A stretch of DNA of 64,000 nt, taken from assembly GCA_040767805.1 (NCBI GenBank), contig JAXGNU010000001.1:32001-96000 (forward strand), given 5' to 3'. The translations under genes and the position numbers were made by a program. The notes below the pieces were generated by a model. The model was not told the DNA's origin and ran no database searches. It saw only the letters and a list, made by a program, of their open reading frames with translations. Each line of letters opens with the position of its first letter. Position 1 is the stretch's first letter. Shown here piece by piece: positions 20,489 to 31,959 of this stretch. This DNA comes from Thermovirgaceae bacterium. GTDB taxonomy: Bacteria > Synergistota > Synergistia > Synergistales > Thermovirgaceae.

Positions 20489-20490
20489 TA

Positions 20491-20518
20491 ATGCAACATA
20501 AGATATATTATAAGACAT
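20491..20518 (-). other. dif: dif-like XerC/XerD chromosome dimer resolution site
   Basis: Minus strand reads ATGTCTTATAA-TATATC-TTATGTTGCAT (11-6-11). AT-rich, intergenic, and located where gene orientation flips. Confidence 0.8.
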
Positions 20519-20531
20519 GGTGGTTTAGCTT

Positions 20532-20557
20532 ATAAGGCCCCTTCCGGGGCCTTATTT
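20532..20557. terminator. Intrinsic terminator between convergent tpiA and rsfS (possibly bidirectional)
   Basis: Perfect 10-bp stem ATAAGGCCCC-TTCC-GGGGCCTTAT followed by TT. Confidence 0.75.
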
Positions 20558-20597
20558 CATGATCAAAAGGACGGATTCCTCCTGGGAGTCTCGCTCT

Positions 20598-20945
20598 TTA
20601 ATCACCGACCAGGGTCATTTCCGCGCCGGCCCAAATGCTCTCGAGCCTGTAAAAATCCCTTCCTTCCCGGCTGAAGATGTTTATTACGACGTTGCCCGCA
20701 TCGAGGAGGATCCATTTCGGGCTGTATTCCCCCTCGACCCTGTAGGGTCTCTCCATCCTGTCCATGGTCTCGGTTAGGTTATCGAGAAGCGTTTTCATGT
20801 GGACATCCGAGTTACCCGTGGCGAGTATGAAAGCGTCGGCGAAGGATGATTCCCTTGAAACATCGATGATGGTTATGTCTTCGGCCAGTTTATCCTGCAG
20901 GGCCTCGATGAGTGGGCTGACGGTGTCGTCCGGTAGCAAAGGCAC
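20598..20945 (-). CDS. rsfS: Ribosome silencing factor RsfS (Iojap)
   Basis: DKLAEDI, ATGNS, WILLDAGNVVINIF...RDFYRLESIW. Confidence 0.95.
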   Translation of the reverse strand: MPLLPDDTVSPLIEALQDKLAEDITIIDVSRESSFADAFILATGNSDVHMKTLLDNLTETMDRMERPYRVEGEYSPKWILLDAGNVVINIFSREGRDFYRLESIWAGAEMTLVGD

Positions 20946-20966
20946 TCCCCCTTTTTAAAAAATTAA

Positions 20967-22235
20967 TTATTGATTTCTTGCCAGTTCGATCCTTTTGAAG
21001 ATATCTGTGTAATCATGACCCATGATCATTGTAACATTTCGTACCGAAGGGTCTTTCCGCACGAGGTTTTCAGCGATACCGAAAAGCCGGCCCAGCGACC
21101 GAGCGGCGTTTTCCGTTTCTTCCCCGGGTGGATAGAGAAGGTTGCTGTATTTGTAATCGTAATGCTTGGCGTTCCCGATATGGGCCACGTCGATCCCCAG
21201 GTTCTGAAGCCGCGTGGCCGTTTCCTTGCCTATGCCGCCGATACCCGACCCGTTCAGTACCGAAAGGCTGACCCTTATGGAGGCCAAGGTGTCCTTCAGG
21301 TCCAAGGCGGCGGCACTCTCCGGTTCATCGGGTCCCTCCTCCTCTATTATGCTCTCTTGGGGCTCCCCGGGTTTTTCCGTAAGGATCTCCGAGAGGTCGC
21401 CCAGTTCCCCCAACCAGTAGCTGACACCGGAAATGTAGGCCGCTTTTCCCGGCAGGGTCCGAAAAACGACCCGTGACGGGTCGAGGTCCTTCAGGTACGA
21501 GGCGAGCTGGATCGCCTGCGAAAGGGTCAGGTCCGTCTTGACGAGGCGGATCGCCTGGCGTATCAACTCGGGTATCTTGGTTATCATCGCCGGGTCCTTG
21601 ATCTTGTGGAAAACCGTCATCATGAAGACCTGCTGCCTTTCCACCCTACCGATATCGCCGAGGGCGTCATGGCGGAACCTGACGAAACCCAGGGCGGTTT
21701 TCCCATCCATGTGCTGCTCCCCCGCCGGTATGTCAATGTGGACCCCTCCCGCCCTGTCGGTGTACCTCAACCTCTTGGGGACGTTGATCGTCACACCGCC
21801 GATAAGGTCGACCAGTTCCGGGAAGTTCTGGAGGTTGACGATAACATGGTACGGGATGGGCACACCCAGGTAATTCACCAGGGTTGTCTTCAGAAGATCC
21901 ACTCCACCATAAACGTAGGCATGGTTCAGTTTTTGCCAGCCTCGGCCCGGGATCTGTACCCTCGTGTCCCTGGGGAGCGATAGGAGCCGTACAACCTTGT
22001 CGTCGATATCGATTGACACGAAGGCGATGGAATCGGGCCGGTTTACATCTTCGCCGGGGACTTTGTCGAGCCCCAGCAGCAGGATATTGATCCTACCGGT
22101 CTCTTCGTCATGTTCTATTCTTTCCCGGATGGTTTCCGGCTCAGGGTTGAAAAAGAAGAAAGCTTTCAAGCCTATTCCCGCCGCCAGCGACAGAACGGCG
22201 GTCAGGGCCAGGAGGAAAACATGCCTTTTTGACAA
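20967..22235 (-). CDS. LCP (LytR-CpsA-Psr) family protein with C-terminal LytR_C domain
   Basis: TM; ILLLGLD...RPDSI, LPRDT, KLNHAY, RFRHDALGDIGRVERQQ; C-terminal VLNGSG..G. Confidence 0.92.
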   Translation of the reverse strand: MSKRHVFLLALTAVLSLAAGIGLKAFFFFNPEPETIRERIEHDEETGRINILLLGLDKVPGEDVNRPDSIAFVSIDIDDKVVRLLSLPRDTRVQIPGRGWQKLNHAYVYGGVDLLKTTLVNYLGVPIPYHVIVNLQNFPELVDLIGGVTINVPKRLRYTDRAGGVHIDIPAGEQHMDGKTALGFVRFRHDALGDIGRVERQQVFMMTVFHKIKDPAMITKIPELIRQAIRLVKTDLTLSQAIQLASYLKDLDPSRVVFRTLPGKAAYISGVSYWLGELGDLSEILTEKPGEPQESIIEEEGPDEPESAAALDLKDTLASIRVSLSVLNGSGIGGIGKETATRLQNLGIDVAHIGNAKHYDYKYSNLLYPPGEETENAARSLGRLFGIAENLVRKDPSVRNVTMIMGHDYTDIFKRIELARNQ

Positions 22236-22242
22236 TTATCCT

Positions 22243-24281
<2,039 letters not shown>

Positions 24282-24306
24282 CCAGCGTTTCGATCAGGCA
24301 GGAGCA

Positions 24307-24588
24307 TCAGGCTGTCACTGGTTCAATGGTCACGTACTTTCTCCCGGCCTTGGTCTGGAAACGCACGGTGCCTTCGGAAAGGGCGAAAAGAGTATCATCC
24401 TTACCCTTTCCCACGTTCGCCCCGGGATGGATCCTGGTGCCTCTTTGCCGGACGATGACGCTGCCAGCGGTGACAACCTGCCCGTCGCCTCGCTTCACGC
24501 CGAGCCTCTTGCTGGCACTGTCCCTGCCGTTGGTGCTGCTGCCCTGTCCTTTTTTATGGGCGAACAGTTGAAGATCCAAAGTCCTCAT
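24307..24588 (-). CDS. rpmA: 50S ribosomal protein L27 with cleavable N-terminal extension
   Basis: [24 protein letters not shown]...RQRGT. Confidence 0.98.
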   Translation of the reverse strand: MRTLDLQLFAHKKGQGSSTNGRDSASKRLGVKRGDGQVVTAGSVIVRQRGTRIHPGANVGKGKDDTLFALSEGTVRFQTKAGRKYVTIEPVTA

Positions 24589-24913
24589 CCACTTCCACCT
24601 CCGTGTACCTCACATAAGAAGGGTAATTTTGTTCCACCGATCTCAGCATCTTCACGATCGTCTCCGACAGGAACCTGGCCCTAGGATCATCGGACCCTCG
24701 CCAGGAAAGGCTCATAAAGCCCTGCTCCTTGTCAACCCTTGACGAGACCGTCCCCATACCCAGAATCCCCGTAAGGCCCGTCTCCAAGGTCTGTGCCAAG
24801 GTCGACAGGGCCGCGCAGACGATGTCGCTGCCGCTTTCGGCATAGCCCGTATGGCCCGCTATTTCCAGTCCGCAAAGGGTCCCTTTTCTCCGGAAGGACT
24901 TTATCTCGGTCAT
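24554..24913 (-). CDS. prp: Ribosomal-processing cysteine protease Prp
   Basis: GH(T)G...DIVCAA catalytic His/Cys; between rplU and rpmA; start at ATG 24913. Confidence 0.92.
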   Translation of the reverse strand: MTEIKSFRRKGTLCGLEIAGHTGYAESGSDIVCAALSTLAQTLETGLTGILGMGTVSSRVDKEQGFMSLSWRGSDDPRARFLSETIVKMLRSVEQNYPSYVRYTEVEVDEDFGSSTVRP

Positions 24914-24920
24914 TTCAAGA

Positions 24921-25235
24921 CTAAAAGGCAATGGATTCGATTCTGACTGAGGAAAAAGGCTGCCTGTGTCCCATGGTCCTCCTGGACGACCGGGATTTGT
25001 TCTTGTACTTGAAGACCGTAATCTTTTTGGCCTTCCCCTGTTCCAGTACCCTTCCCTTGACGACGGCGCCGGGAACGACCGGCTCGCCAACGGAGACCTC
25101 CGTGTCAGTCGCCACGAGTAGAACCCTTGGGAAATCGACCTCCGCCCCTTCGGGAGCGTTGATCCTCTCGACCCTTATGGTATCTCCGGGGGATACGCGG
25201 TACTGCTTCCCCCCTGTCTCGATAACGGCGTACAT
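24921..25235 (-). CDS. rplU: 50S ribosomal protein L21
   Basis: MYAVIETGGKQYRV...GHRQPFS. Confidence 0.98.
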   Translation of the reverse strand: MYAVIETGGKQYRVSPGDTIRVERINAPEGAEVDFPRVLLVATDTEVSVGEPVVPGAVVKGRVLEQGKAKKITVFKYKNKSRSSRRTMGHRQPFSSVRIESIAF

Positions 25236-25253
25236 CCTCTTTACTCCTCCTCA

Positions 25254-25302
25254 CGCCGATGAACCGGGTGGCCCGAAGGGCTCTTGATACCCGTCCCGAG
25301 CG
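25254..25302 (-). ncRNA. L21-leader-like cis-regulatory RNA structure
   Basis: Nested stems CGC..GCG, CGGGU/ACCCG and GCCC-UUC-GGGC immediately 5' of the rplU RBS. Confidence 0.5.
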
Positions 25303-25367
25303 AAGATTGAAAAGACAGGGAAGGGAGCCCTCCCAGCCCTTTCACCGGTCAGTACGACCAAATAGAA

Positions 25368-25376
25368 ATTATAACA
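25368..25376 (-). promoter_or_regulatory. Extended -10 promoter element for the rplU operon
   Basis: TGTTATAAT in an AT-rich stretch downstream of recN. Confidence 0.6.
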
Positions 25377-25395
25377 TAAATACTTTTGTTTCAGT

Positions 25396-27057
25396 TCAAT
25401 CCGTCTCCTGCCGATTCGCTTCCAGCAGCGATCTTGCCAGTCCCGCGGCTTCCGGGTCATCGGGGTCGCCCGCTAGCATCCGCGCGAGCTCCCTCTCCCT
25501 CTGTTTTCCTTCGACCTCAAGGACCCTGCTTATATCGCCATCCCTTTCCACCCGGAAGTGCTGGTCGGCCAGGGAGGCGATCGAGGCCTCGTGGGTTATG
25601 AGGATCACCTGGCATCGCCTCGATAGGTCTCTCAGGGTTTGTCCCGCGAGGAAAGCGGAACGTCCACCCAGGCCCGCTTCTACCTCGTCGAATACAAGGG
25701 TTTGCGGAAGCATTTCGTCGGAGGCGGCCGCCTGGAGGGCCAGCAATATCCTGCTGAGCTCACCCCCCGAGGCGATCTTAGAAACGGGGCCTTCGAGGAA
25801 TTTATCGTCGGTAAGGTAAAAGGAAATGCTGTCTGCCCCACTCTGCCTGACCTTCTCCAGGGGCTGCAGCGACACTCCGAACCGAAGCCCTTCCATGGCG
25901 AGACCATGGAGAGAGGCGTTGACCGCCGTCTCGAGCTTCTCGGCGGCTTCTTTCCTGGATTCCCTGAGAGAAAGGGCAAGGGAGGACACCTCCTTTTTCA
26001 GGGAGGCGGACCTTTCCTGCAGCCTAGCAAGGGTCTCGCGGCTGTCCCTGAGCCATTCCAGCTCCGAGTGCACCCTTTCGGCGAAATCCACTAGATCCTC
26101 GGCATTATCGACCTTGGCGTATCTCATCAGTTTTTTCAGACTCCCCAGTCTCTTCTCCAGTTTTTCCTGTTCCTCCTGGAGGGATTGTTCCCTTTCGACG
26201 GAGAAGACGCCTTTCAGCCCACTCTCGATCTCCTGGCTGGATAGCAGGAGCCTCTCTATACTCCCTTCGAGTCCGGGGATCTCGTCCAAACTTTGCCTGG
26301 CCTCATGGCAAAATTGCTCGATGGCGAAGGAAAGACCCTTCCCGGAGCTTCCACCTGTCAGCTTGTCATGGATGAGCCTCACCCGGCCCTGTCTTTTCAG
26401 TTGTTCCGAAACACGGTTCAGATCAGTTTCCCACTCGGACTCACACCCGGGCTTGATACCCATCCTCCTGAACCTCTCAAGAAAGGCTTCACCCTCCTGG
26501 TACCTCGATTCGATCTCCCTTCTCCGGCGGGTGATCTCAAGGAGGTCCCTTTCATTCCCCAGGGCCAGCGAAACCGCCTGGGAAAGGTTTGACCGGATGG
26601 ACCGGAGAGGATCGCCGCCACTGTTATCCAGCAGTTCGGCCTGTTGGTCCGGTTCCAGTAGTTCAAGTTGGGCGAACTGGCTTTGAATGGCTATCACCTT
26701 TGAAAGGGCCCCGGAAAGCGTATTCAGAGGCACTGGCTTCTCCTGAAGGTAAGTTTTAGCCCTCCCGGCCGATGAAACCACCCGCTTGACAAGGATAAAA
26801 CCCTCCTGGGGCTGGAGGTCCTCGGGCAGCGAGGCCAGCGGGGCATCCATTTCCAGGGCGGCCCTGACCTCGGCCTCCTCGACACCGGCCCTGATGATCG
26901 ACGATTGGGCCCTCTTGCCGCTAACCAGTTCAAGAGCCCTGACCAGGCTGCTCTTCCCAGCCCCGCTTTCCCCGGTAATGACGATAAAAGCGCCCCTAAA
27001 ATTGAGAGAGGCCTCTCTTATCCCCCCTACATTGGTCACCATCAGTTCCGAAAGCAT
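25396..27057 (-). CDS. recN: DNA repair protein RecN
   Basis: TGESGAGKS, long coiled coil, ASGGELSR, FDEVEAG, LITH, RELARML. Confidence 0.95.
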   Translation of the reverse strand: MLSELMVTNVGGIREASLNFRGAFIVITGESGAGKSSLVRALELVSGKRAQSSIIRAGVEEAEVRAALEMDAPLASLPEDLQPQEGFILVKRVVSSAGRAKTYLQEKPVPLNTLSGALSKVIAIQSQFAQLELLEPDQQAELLDNSGGDPLRSIRSNLSQAVSLALGNERDLLEITRRRREIESRYQEGEAFLERFRRMGIKPGCESEWETDLNRVSEQLKRQGRVRLIHDKLTGGSSGKGLSFAIEQFCHEARQSLDEIPGLEGSIERLLLSSQEIESGLKGVFSVEREQSLQEEQEKLEKRLGSLKKLMRYAKVDNAEDLVDFAERVHSELEWLRDSRETLARLQERSASLKKEVSSLALSLRESRKEAAEKLETAVNASLHGLAMEGLRFGVSLQPLEKVRQSGADSISFYLTDDKFLEGPVSKIASGGELSRILLALQAAASDEMLPQTLVFDEVEAGLGGRSAFLAGQTLRDLSRRCQVILITHEASIASLADQHFRVERDGDISRVLEVEGKQRERELARMLAGDPDDPEAAGLARSLLEANRQETD

Positions 27058-27061
27058 GGGA

Positions 27062-27940
27062 TCACTCCTCGAGAAGGTTGGGCGTTCTGTGTCCCCATTG
27101 GAATTTTTCCTGGAGAAGGGTGAAGAATTCGTTCTCCGGGAGGGTAATGATCCCGATCATCCTGTCCTGGTCAAGGGAGATGGAGATACGGTCCCCGGGG
27201 AGAAGTTCATACCCCAACTGGCCGTCCTGGGTCAGCATGATCTCCCTGTGCTGCCCCGCCGGGGTAATCGTTACCGTGTCCGACTCGCTGAGCACGATCG
27301 GTCTCGAATAGAGCGTGTGGGCGCATATCGGGGTGAGGATCATACAGGACAAGTGAGGGGGAACGATCGGGCCTCCGGCGGAAAGCGAATAGGCCGTTGA
27401 TCCCGTGGGAGTCGCCACTATTATCCCGTCGGCGTGCAACAGGTTCAGCGGCCTTCCGCTGACGGCTATATCAAGGGCGATCATCCTCGCGAAGGGCCCC
27501 TTTGTAACAACGAGATCGTTCAGGGCGTACACTTCGTGTTTATGCCTTTTTCCCCTGGAGACGATGCCGTGCAGCAGGGGCCTCCGGTTTATCGAGTACT
27601 CGCCCGCCATGATCTTCTCCAGGTCCTCCTCGGCGTTTTCTATCTTGCCGCAGGATAGGAAACCTAGACGCCCGACATTGATCCCGTAAAGGGGGATATC
27701 GTGACCTATAACGTAACGGGCGGCCCGGAGGAATGTGCCGTCACCGCCCAGGACAATGGCGGCGTCGACCTTTTCTTTCCATTCCTGGTCCGAGGTTTCC
27801 TGCTCTCCCAGCACATGGGACTCGTGGGGAGGGAGGGCGAAACTGATACCCCGTTCCCTGCCCCACCGAAGGATGCTCTCGGCCAGGGCCAGGGCCGTGC
27901 CCTTCTGGGTATTGACCAAAAGCCCAAGAGTTTCGATCAT
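27062..27940 (-). CDS. nadK: NAD kinase
   Basis: LGGDGTFL, GRLGFL, LND, ATPTGSTAYSLSAGGP. Confidence 0.97.
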   Translation of the reverse strand: MIETLGLLVNTQKGTALALAESILRWGRERGISFALPPHESHVLGEQETSDQEWKEKVDAAIVLGGDGTFLRAARYVIGHDIPLYGINVGRLGFLSCGKIENAEEDLEKIMAGEYSINRRPLLHGIVSRGKRHKHEVYALNDLVVTKGPFARMIALDIAVSGRPLNLLHADGIIVATPTGSTAYSLSAGGPIVPPHLSCMILTPICAHTLYSRPIVLSESDTVTITPAGQHREIMLTQDGQLGYELLPGDRISISLDQDRMIGIITLPENEFFTLLQEKFQWGHRTPNLLEE

Positions 27941-28797
27941 CCTTGACCCACCCCTTTTGATGCTCTATTTCCCTTGTCTTCCAGAAGTTCGCGGTGTGCC
28001 CTTTCGACCAGGTCCCCGAAGAAGGCTTCGTCGAAATCCGCTGGAGGGATCCCTCCTTTTCTTAAGTGGAACAGGAACTCCATATTCCCGCTGGGCCCTA
28101 GTATGGGAGAAATGTCGGCGCCCATCAAGGCCATCTTATCCATGGCGCCTATAAAAAGACTTAACGAAACCAGGATATTTCTGTGCTGGGCCCGGTCCCT
28201 TATGACACCCTTCCTCCCGACAAGCCCCTTGCCGGCCTCGTACTGGGGCTTGATCAGGACGATACAATCGCCCCCGGGCGCCAGGAGCGCTTCCACGGCC
28301 GGCAGGATCTTGGTGACAGAGATAAAGGATACATCCATGGTGGCTATCTCGGGGACGTCCTGCAGGTGGCCGGGTTCAAGGTACCTGGCGTTGGTCCTTT
28401 CCATGACGACGACCCTCTCGTCGTTCCTCAGGCGCCAGGCCAATTGCCCGTAACCGACATCAACGCAGTATACCCTCTTGGCCCCGCGGCCGAGGAGTAC
28501 ATCGGTGAACCCGCCCGTAGAGGCCCCGATATCAATACAAATTCTCCCCGAAGGATCGACGGGGAATACATCCAGGGCCTTCAGGAGCTTGTAGGCTCCC
28601 CTGCCGGCCCATCGGCGCCCACCCTTGATCTCGATGAGGGCGTCGGGCGATATTTTTACCCCGGGGCTGAGGATCTTCTCCCCGTTCACCCGTACAGCCC
28701 CGCTAAGAACTAGGGCCTGCGCCCGGTTCCTGCTCTCGGCGATTCCCCTTTTGACCATCGCCTGGTCCAGCCTTTCATCAGCCCTTGAAGGCTTCAT
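27937..28797 (-). CDS. tlyA: TlyA family rRNA methyltransferase
   Basis: S4 domain, DIGASTGGFTD, VDVGYGQL, DVSFIS, LIKPQYE, GNMEF. Confidence 0.96.
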   Translation of the reverse strand: MKPSRADERLDQAMVKRGIAESRNRAQALVLSGAVRVNGEKILSPGVKISPDALIEIKGGRRWAGRGAYKLLKALDVFPVDPSGRICIDIGASTGGFTDVLLGRGAKRVYCVDVGYGQLAWRLRNDERVVVMERTNARYLEPGHLQDVPEIATMDVSFISVTKILPAVEALLAPGGDCIVLIKPQYEAGKGLVGRKGVIRDRAQHRNILVSLSLFIGAMDKMALMGADISPILGPSGNMEFLFHLRKGGIPPADFDEAFFGDLVERAHRELLEDKGNRASKGVGQG

Positions 28798-30643
28798 AAA
28801 GTTTTAACACCTCTTCCGGGACGAGTCCGCAATGCTCCCATTGTTCGCGGACCGTCCCGTGAGGGATGAACCGGTCGGGGACGCCCTGGCAGGTCACGCA
28901 GGAAGCGATCTTCCCCCGGTCGGCGATAAGTGAAATCTTTTCCCCGATGCCCCCCTCGATATTGCCGTCCTCCAGCACGACGGCAAAGGGGTGCGTACGA
29001 AGGGCCCCCTCAACGGCATCAACATCCAGCGGTTTCAGAAAGCGCAGGTCATAGACGGAAGGTGGTTCAAAACCCATCCTTTCGGCCTCCTTGTAGACCG
29101 AGAGGGCCAACGGGACAGTAGCACCATAGGAGAAAAGGCACCACCCGGTCCCTTCAAGTACCCTTTCGGCCCGGCCCCAGGCTTGCCGGGGGGTATTTCC
29201 TTCACGACATATCGATGCTGGGGCGGCCCCTCGCGGTAACCGTATGGCCAAAGGGGAACTGGCCTCCAGGGCCTCCCGGTAGATCCATTTCAGGTCCTCC
29301 AGGTCCCGGGGGGCCATAACGTTCAGGTTGGGGATCGCCCGGGTCCACGGCAGGTCCAGGACCCCGTGGTGGGTCTCGCCGTCCTCGCCGACCAGGCCCG
29401 CACGGTCTATCGCCAGGATAACGTGGAGATCCTGCATGCAGACGTCATGGACCAGTTGGTCCATGGCCCTCTGGAGAAAGGTGGAGTAGATGGAGACCAC
29501 CGGCAAAAGCCCTGCCGACGCCATACCCGCGGCAAAGGTCAGCAGGTGCCCCTCGGCGATGCCCACATCGAAAAACCTTTCCGGGTACTTTTCCTGGAAA
29601 GGGCCCAGTTTGCTGCCTTCCTTCATGGCTGCCGTGAGGAGGACCACCCTCGGGTCCGAGCCCGCCAGTTCCTCGATGCATGCCGCCGAGGCTTCGCTCC
29701 AACTAACCTGGGAGAGTTCTCCGGGGATGGGTGCCGAAGGGCACGGTGAAAGGCCGTGGTATTTTTCCGAGTCCTCCTCGGCGGGCTTGAAGCCCTTTCC
29801 TTTAGTGGTCAAAAGGTGAACCAGGAGGGGGTAACCGTAGCCCTTCGCCATGGCGAAGATCTTTTCCATCTCTTGGATGTCGTGGCCGTCAAAGGGTCCC
29901 CAGTAGCTTATCCCCAGGTCTTCGAAAATGTTGGGCGGCAGCAGGAACCTCTTCAAGGTCTGCTTGGACCTTTCAAGGAGGGATTCGAGTTTTTCCCCCT
30001 CGGGGACCTTGTGACAGAAGTACTTGAGAAACTTCTTGAACTGCCTGTACATGGGGTTCACGCTAAGAGCGGCAAGGTGGCTGGCCATCCCGCCCACCCT
30101 TTTGCTTATGGCCATCTGGTTGTCATTAAGAATGAAGATGACGGGTGTATCGAGTTCATGGACGTGGTTGAGGGCCTCGAGGGCGAGACCGTTGATGAGC
30201 GACCCGTCGCCGATCACCGCCACGACGTGGTGATCCTGGCGCAGGAGGTCCCTGGCCTTCGCCTGGCCGAGCGCGGCCGATAGTGATTTGCTGCTGTGAC
30301 CTGCGTTGAAGTGGTCGAAAGGGCTCTCCTTGGGATCGGGGAAGCCCGATATACCTTTCCACTTCCTCAGGGTCTTGAACCGGTCTTTCCTGCCCGTGAG
30401 GATCTTATAGGCGTAGGCCTGGTGCCCCACGTCGAAGATGATCCTGTCCTTCGAGGGATCGAAGGATCTCAGCAGCGCAATATTGAGCTCAACGGCCCCC
30501 AAGGAGGAAGCGAGATGGCCCCCGTTGGACTCGACCGTTTGTATGATCATCTCCCTGATCTCCTTCGCCAGGAGGCCGAGCTCGGCGTGATCGAGACCCT
30601 CTAGGTCCCTGTAGTCCACCAATGATCCAAGCAGATCCTTCAT
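28778..30643 (-). CDS. dxs: 1-deoxy-D-xylulose-5-phosphate synthase
   Basis: GGHLASSLG, DVGHQAY, GDG...NDN, GIAE, DRAGLVGEDGETH. Confidence 0.98.
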   Translation of the reverse strand: MKDLLGSLVDYRDLEGLDHAELGLLAKEIREMIIQTVESNGGHLASSLGAVELNIALLRSFDPSKDRIIFDVGHQAYAYKILTGRKDRFKTLRKWKGISGFPDPKESPFDHFNAGHSSKSLSAALGQAKARDLLRQDHHVVAVIGDGSLINGLALEALNHVHELDTPVIFILNDNQMAISKRVGGMASHLAALSVNPMYRQFKKFLKYFCHKVPEGEKLESLLERSKQTLKRFLLPPNIFEDLGISYWGPFDGHDIQEMEKIFAMAKGYGYPLLVHLLTTKGKGFKPAEEDSEKYHGLSPCPSAPIPGELSQVSWSEASAACIEELAGSDPRVVLLTAAMKEGSKLGPFQEKYPERFFDVGIAEGHLLTFAAGMASAGLLPVVSIYSTFLQRAMDQLVHDVCMQDLHVILAIDRAGLVGEDGETHHGVLDLPWTRAIPNLNVMAPRDLEDLKWIYREALEASSPLAIRLPRGAAPASICREGNTPRQAWGRAERVLEGTGWCLFSYGATVPLALSVYKEAERMGFEPPSVYDLRFLKPLDVDAVEGALRTHPFAVVLEDGNIEGGIGEKISLIADRGKIASCVTCQGVPDRFIPHGTVREQWEHCGLVPEEVLKLYEAFKG

Positions 30644-30670
30644 CCTTCCCGTTCTATCTCTCCGGGGATC

Positions 30671-31606
30671 CTACCGGTCCCTAGCCGCCAGCATCCCCGT
30701 GAACCTTTCCAGGGCTGCCACGTCCCTTCCTATCGCGGAGAGCGCTTTTCGAGCCCTGTATGTTTCTTCCCCGGCCATTCTTTTTGCCTCCTCGAGGCCG
30801 AAAACGCTCACGAAGGTGATCTTTCCCTGGGCGCTGTCCTTGCCGGGCGTTTTCCCCGTCTTAGAGACCCGTCCCGTGACATCGATGATGTCGTCCGCTA
30901 TCTGGAAGGCCGTACCGAGGTGGTCGCCGAACTCAGCGAAGAGCCGCCTCTCCTCGGGCCCCGCTTCCCCAAGGATGGCCCCCGCCTGGACGCAGGCGCT
31001 CAAAAGTACCGCCGTCTTGGACCTCGCGACGGTCCAGGGGTGCTCTTCCCTCGGGCCGGTGCTCAAGGGGTCCGTGTCGAGGACCTGGCCCCCGCAGATC
31101 CCGAAAGGCCCCGCGGCATCGAGGAGTACCCCCAGGGCTTCCAGGATGGAATGACAAGAGAAGGTCCCTCTCGCCAGGAGACCGGCACGGGCGTATTCGA
31201 AGGCCCAAAGGAAGAGGGCGTCCCCCGCCAAAAGTGCCAGGGATTCCCCGAAAACCGCGTGATTGGAAGGTTTCCCTCTTCTCAAGGCGGCATCGTCCAT
31301 TTCAGGGAGGTCATCATGGATGAGGGAAGCGGTATGGATCATCTCACAAGCCAGGGCCATCGGTAGAAGGTCCTCCCGGGTGACCCCGAAGACTTCCCCG
31401 GATAGGATGCAAAGGAGGGGCCTGGTCCTTTTCCCGCCCGCCAAAAGCGAGTAAGTCATCGAATCCCATAACCTTTGGGGAATGCCAGGCGGGTTCTTTT
31501 CACAAAGATCTAGAAGAGCCTTTTCTATAAAAAACCGGCCTTCGGAGATCCTGACCTCCGGATCGTCGTTAGGGGAAGGTCCTTTAGTCGCCATCGGCCG
31601 GTTCAT
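30671..31606 (-). CDS. ispA: Polyprenyl (geranyl/farnesyl) diphosphate synthase
   Basis: GGKRTRP, SLIHDDLPEMDD...RRG, GGQ, FQIADDIID. Confidence 0.93.
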   Translation of the reverse strand: MNRPMATKGPSPNDDPEVRISEGRFFIEKALLDLCEKNPPGIPQRLWDSMTYSLLAGGKRTRPLLCILSGEVFGVTREDLLPMALACEMIHTASLIHDDLPEMDDAALRRGKPSNHAVFGESLALLAGDALFLWAFEYARAGLLARGTFSCHSILEALGVLLDAAGPFGICGGQVLDTDPLSTGPREEHPWTVARSKTAVLLSACVQAGAILGEAGPEERRLFAEFGDHLGTAFQIADDIIDVTGRVSKTGKTPGKDSAQGKITFVSVFGLEEAKRMAGEETYRARKALSAIGRDVAALERFTGMLAARDR

Positions 31607-31823
31607 CCCTGGAAAGGGGATCCCACTCCCTCCCCTCAGGATCCCCCTGCTCCGCCGAGAGGAGGGTGATCCTCTGTTGAGCCTCTTCCAGGTACTTTTT
31701 GCAGGAATTGACCAACCCTATCCCTCGCTCAAAGAGTTCCAGGGAATCTTCAAGGGGTATTTGGCCCGAGTCCAGCCGCGACACAATCTCTTGCAGTTCG
31801 GCCATATCTTTTGTGAAGGACAT
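31584..31823 (-). CDS. xseB: Exodeoxyribonuclease VII small subunit
   Basis: MSFTKDMAELQEIVSRLDSGQIPLEDSLELFERG..L...C...L; start at ATG 31823. Confidence 0.92.
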   Translation of the reverse strand: MSFTKDMAELQEIVSRLDSGQIPLEDSLELFERGIGLVNSCKKYLEEAQQRITLLSAEQGDPEGREWDPLSRDEPADGD

Positions 31824-31888
31824 CCCAAGATCACTCCAATCAGAGGGGATTCGCCTGAACGGGACCATGATACAATGAAACGCCATTC

Positions 31889-31918
31889 TTGCGCTCCCCG
31901 ATCCACCCGTGGTACAAT
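31889..31918 (+). promoter_or_regulatory. Sigma70-type promoter for rpmB
   Basis: TTGCGC-18 nt-TACAAT with TGn extension; a second TGATACAAT at 31868-31876. Confidence 0.55.
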
Positions 31919-31959
31919 GCTCACCGTTTGCCCGACATGCAGGGACAGGGGGAATGGAA

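Noticed and set aside
20485..20557. Promoter plus small RNA between tpiA and the terminator
   Set aside because: The -35/-10 spacing is poor (15 or 18 nt to weak hexamers), and the AT-rich stretch is better explained as dif.
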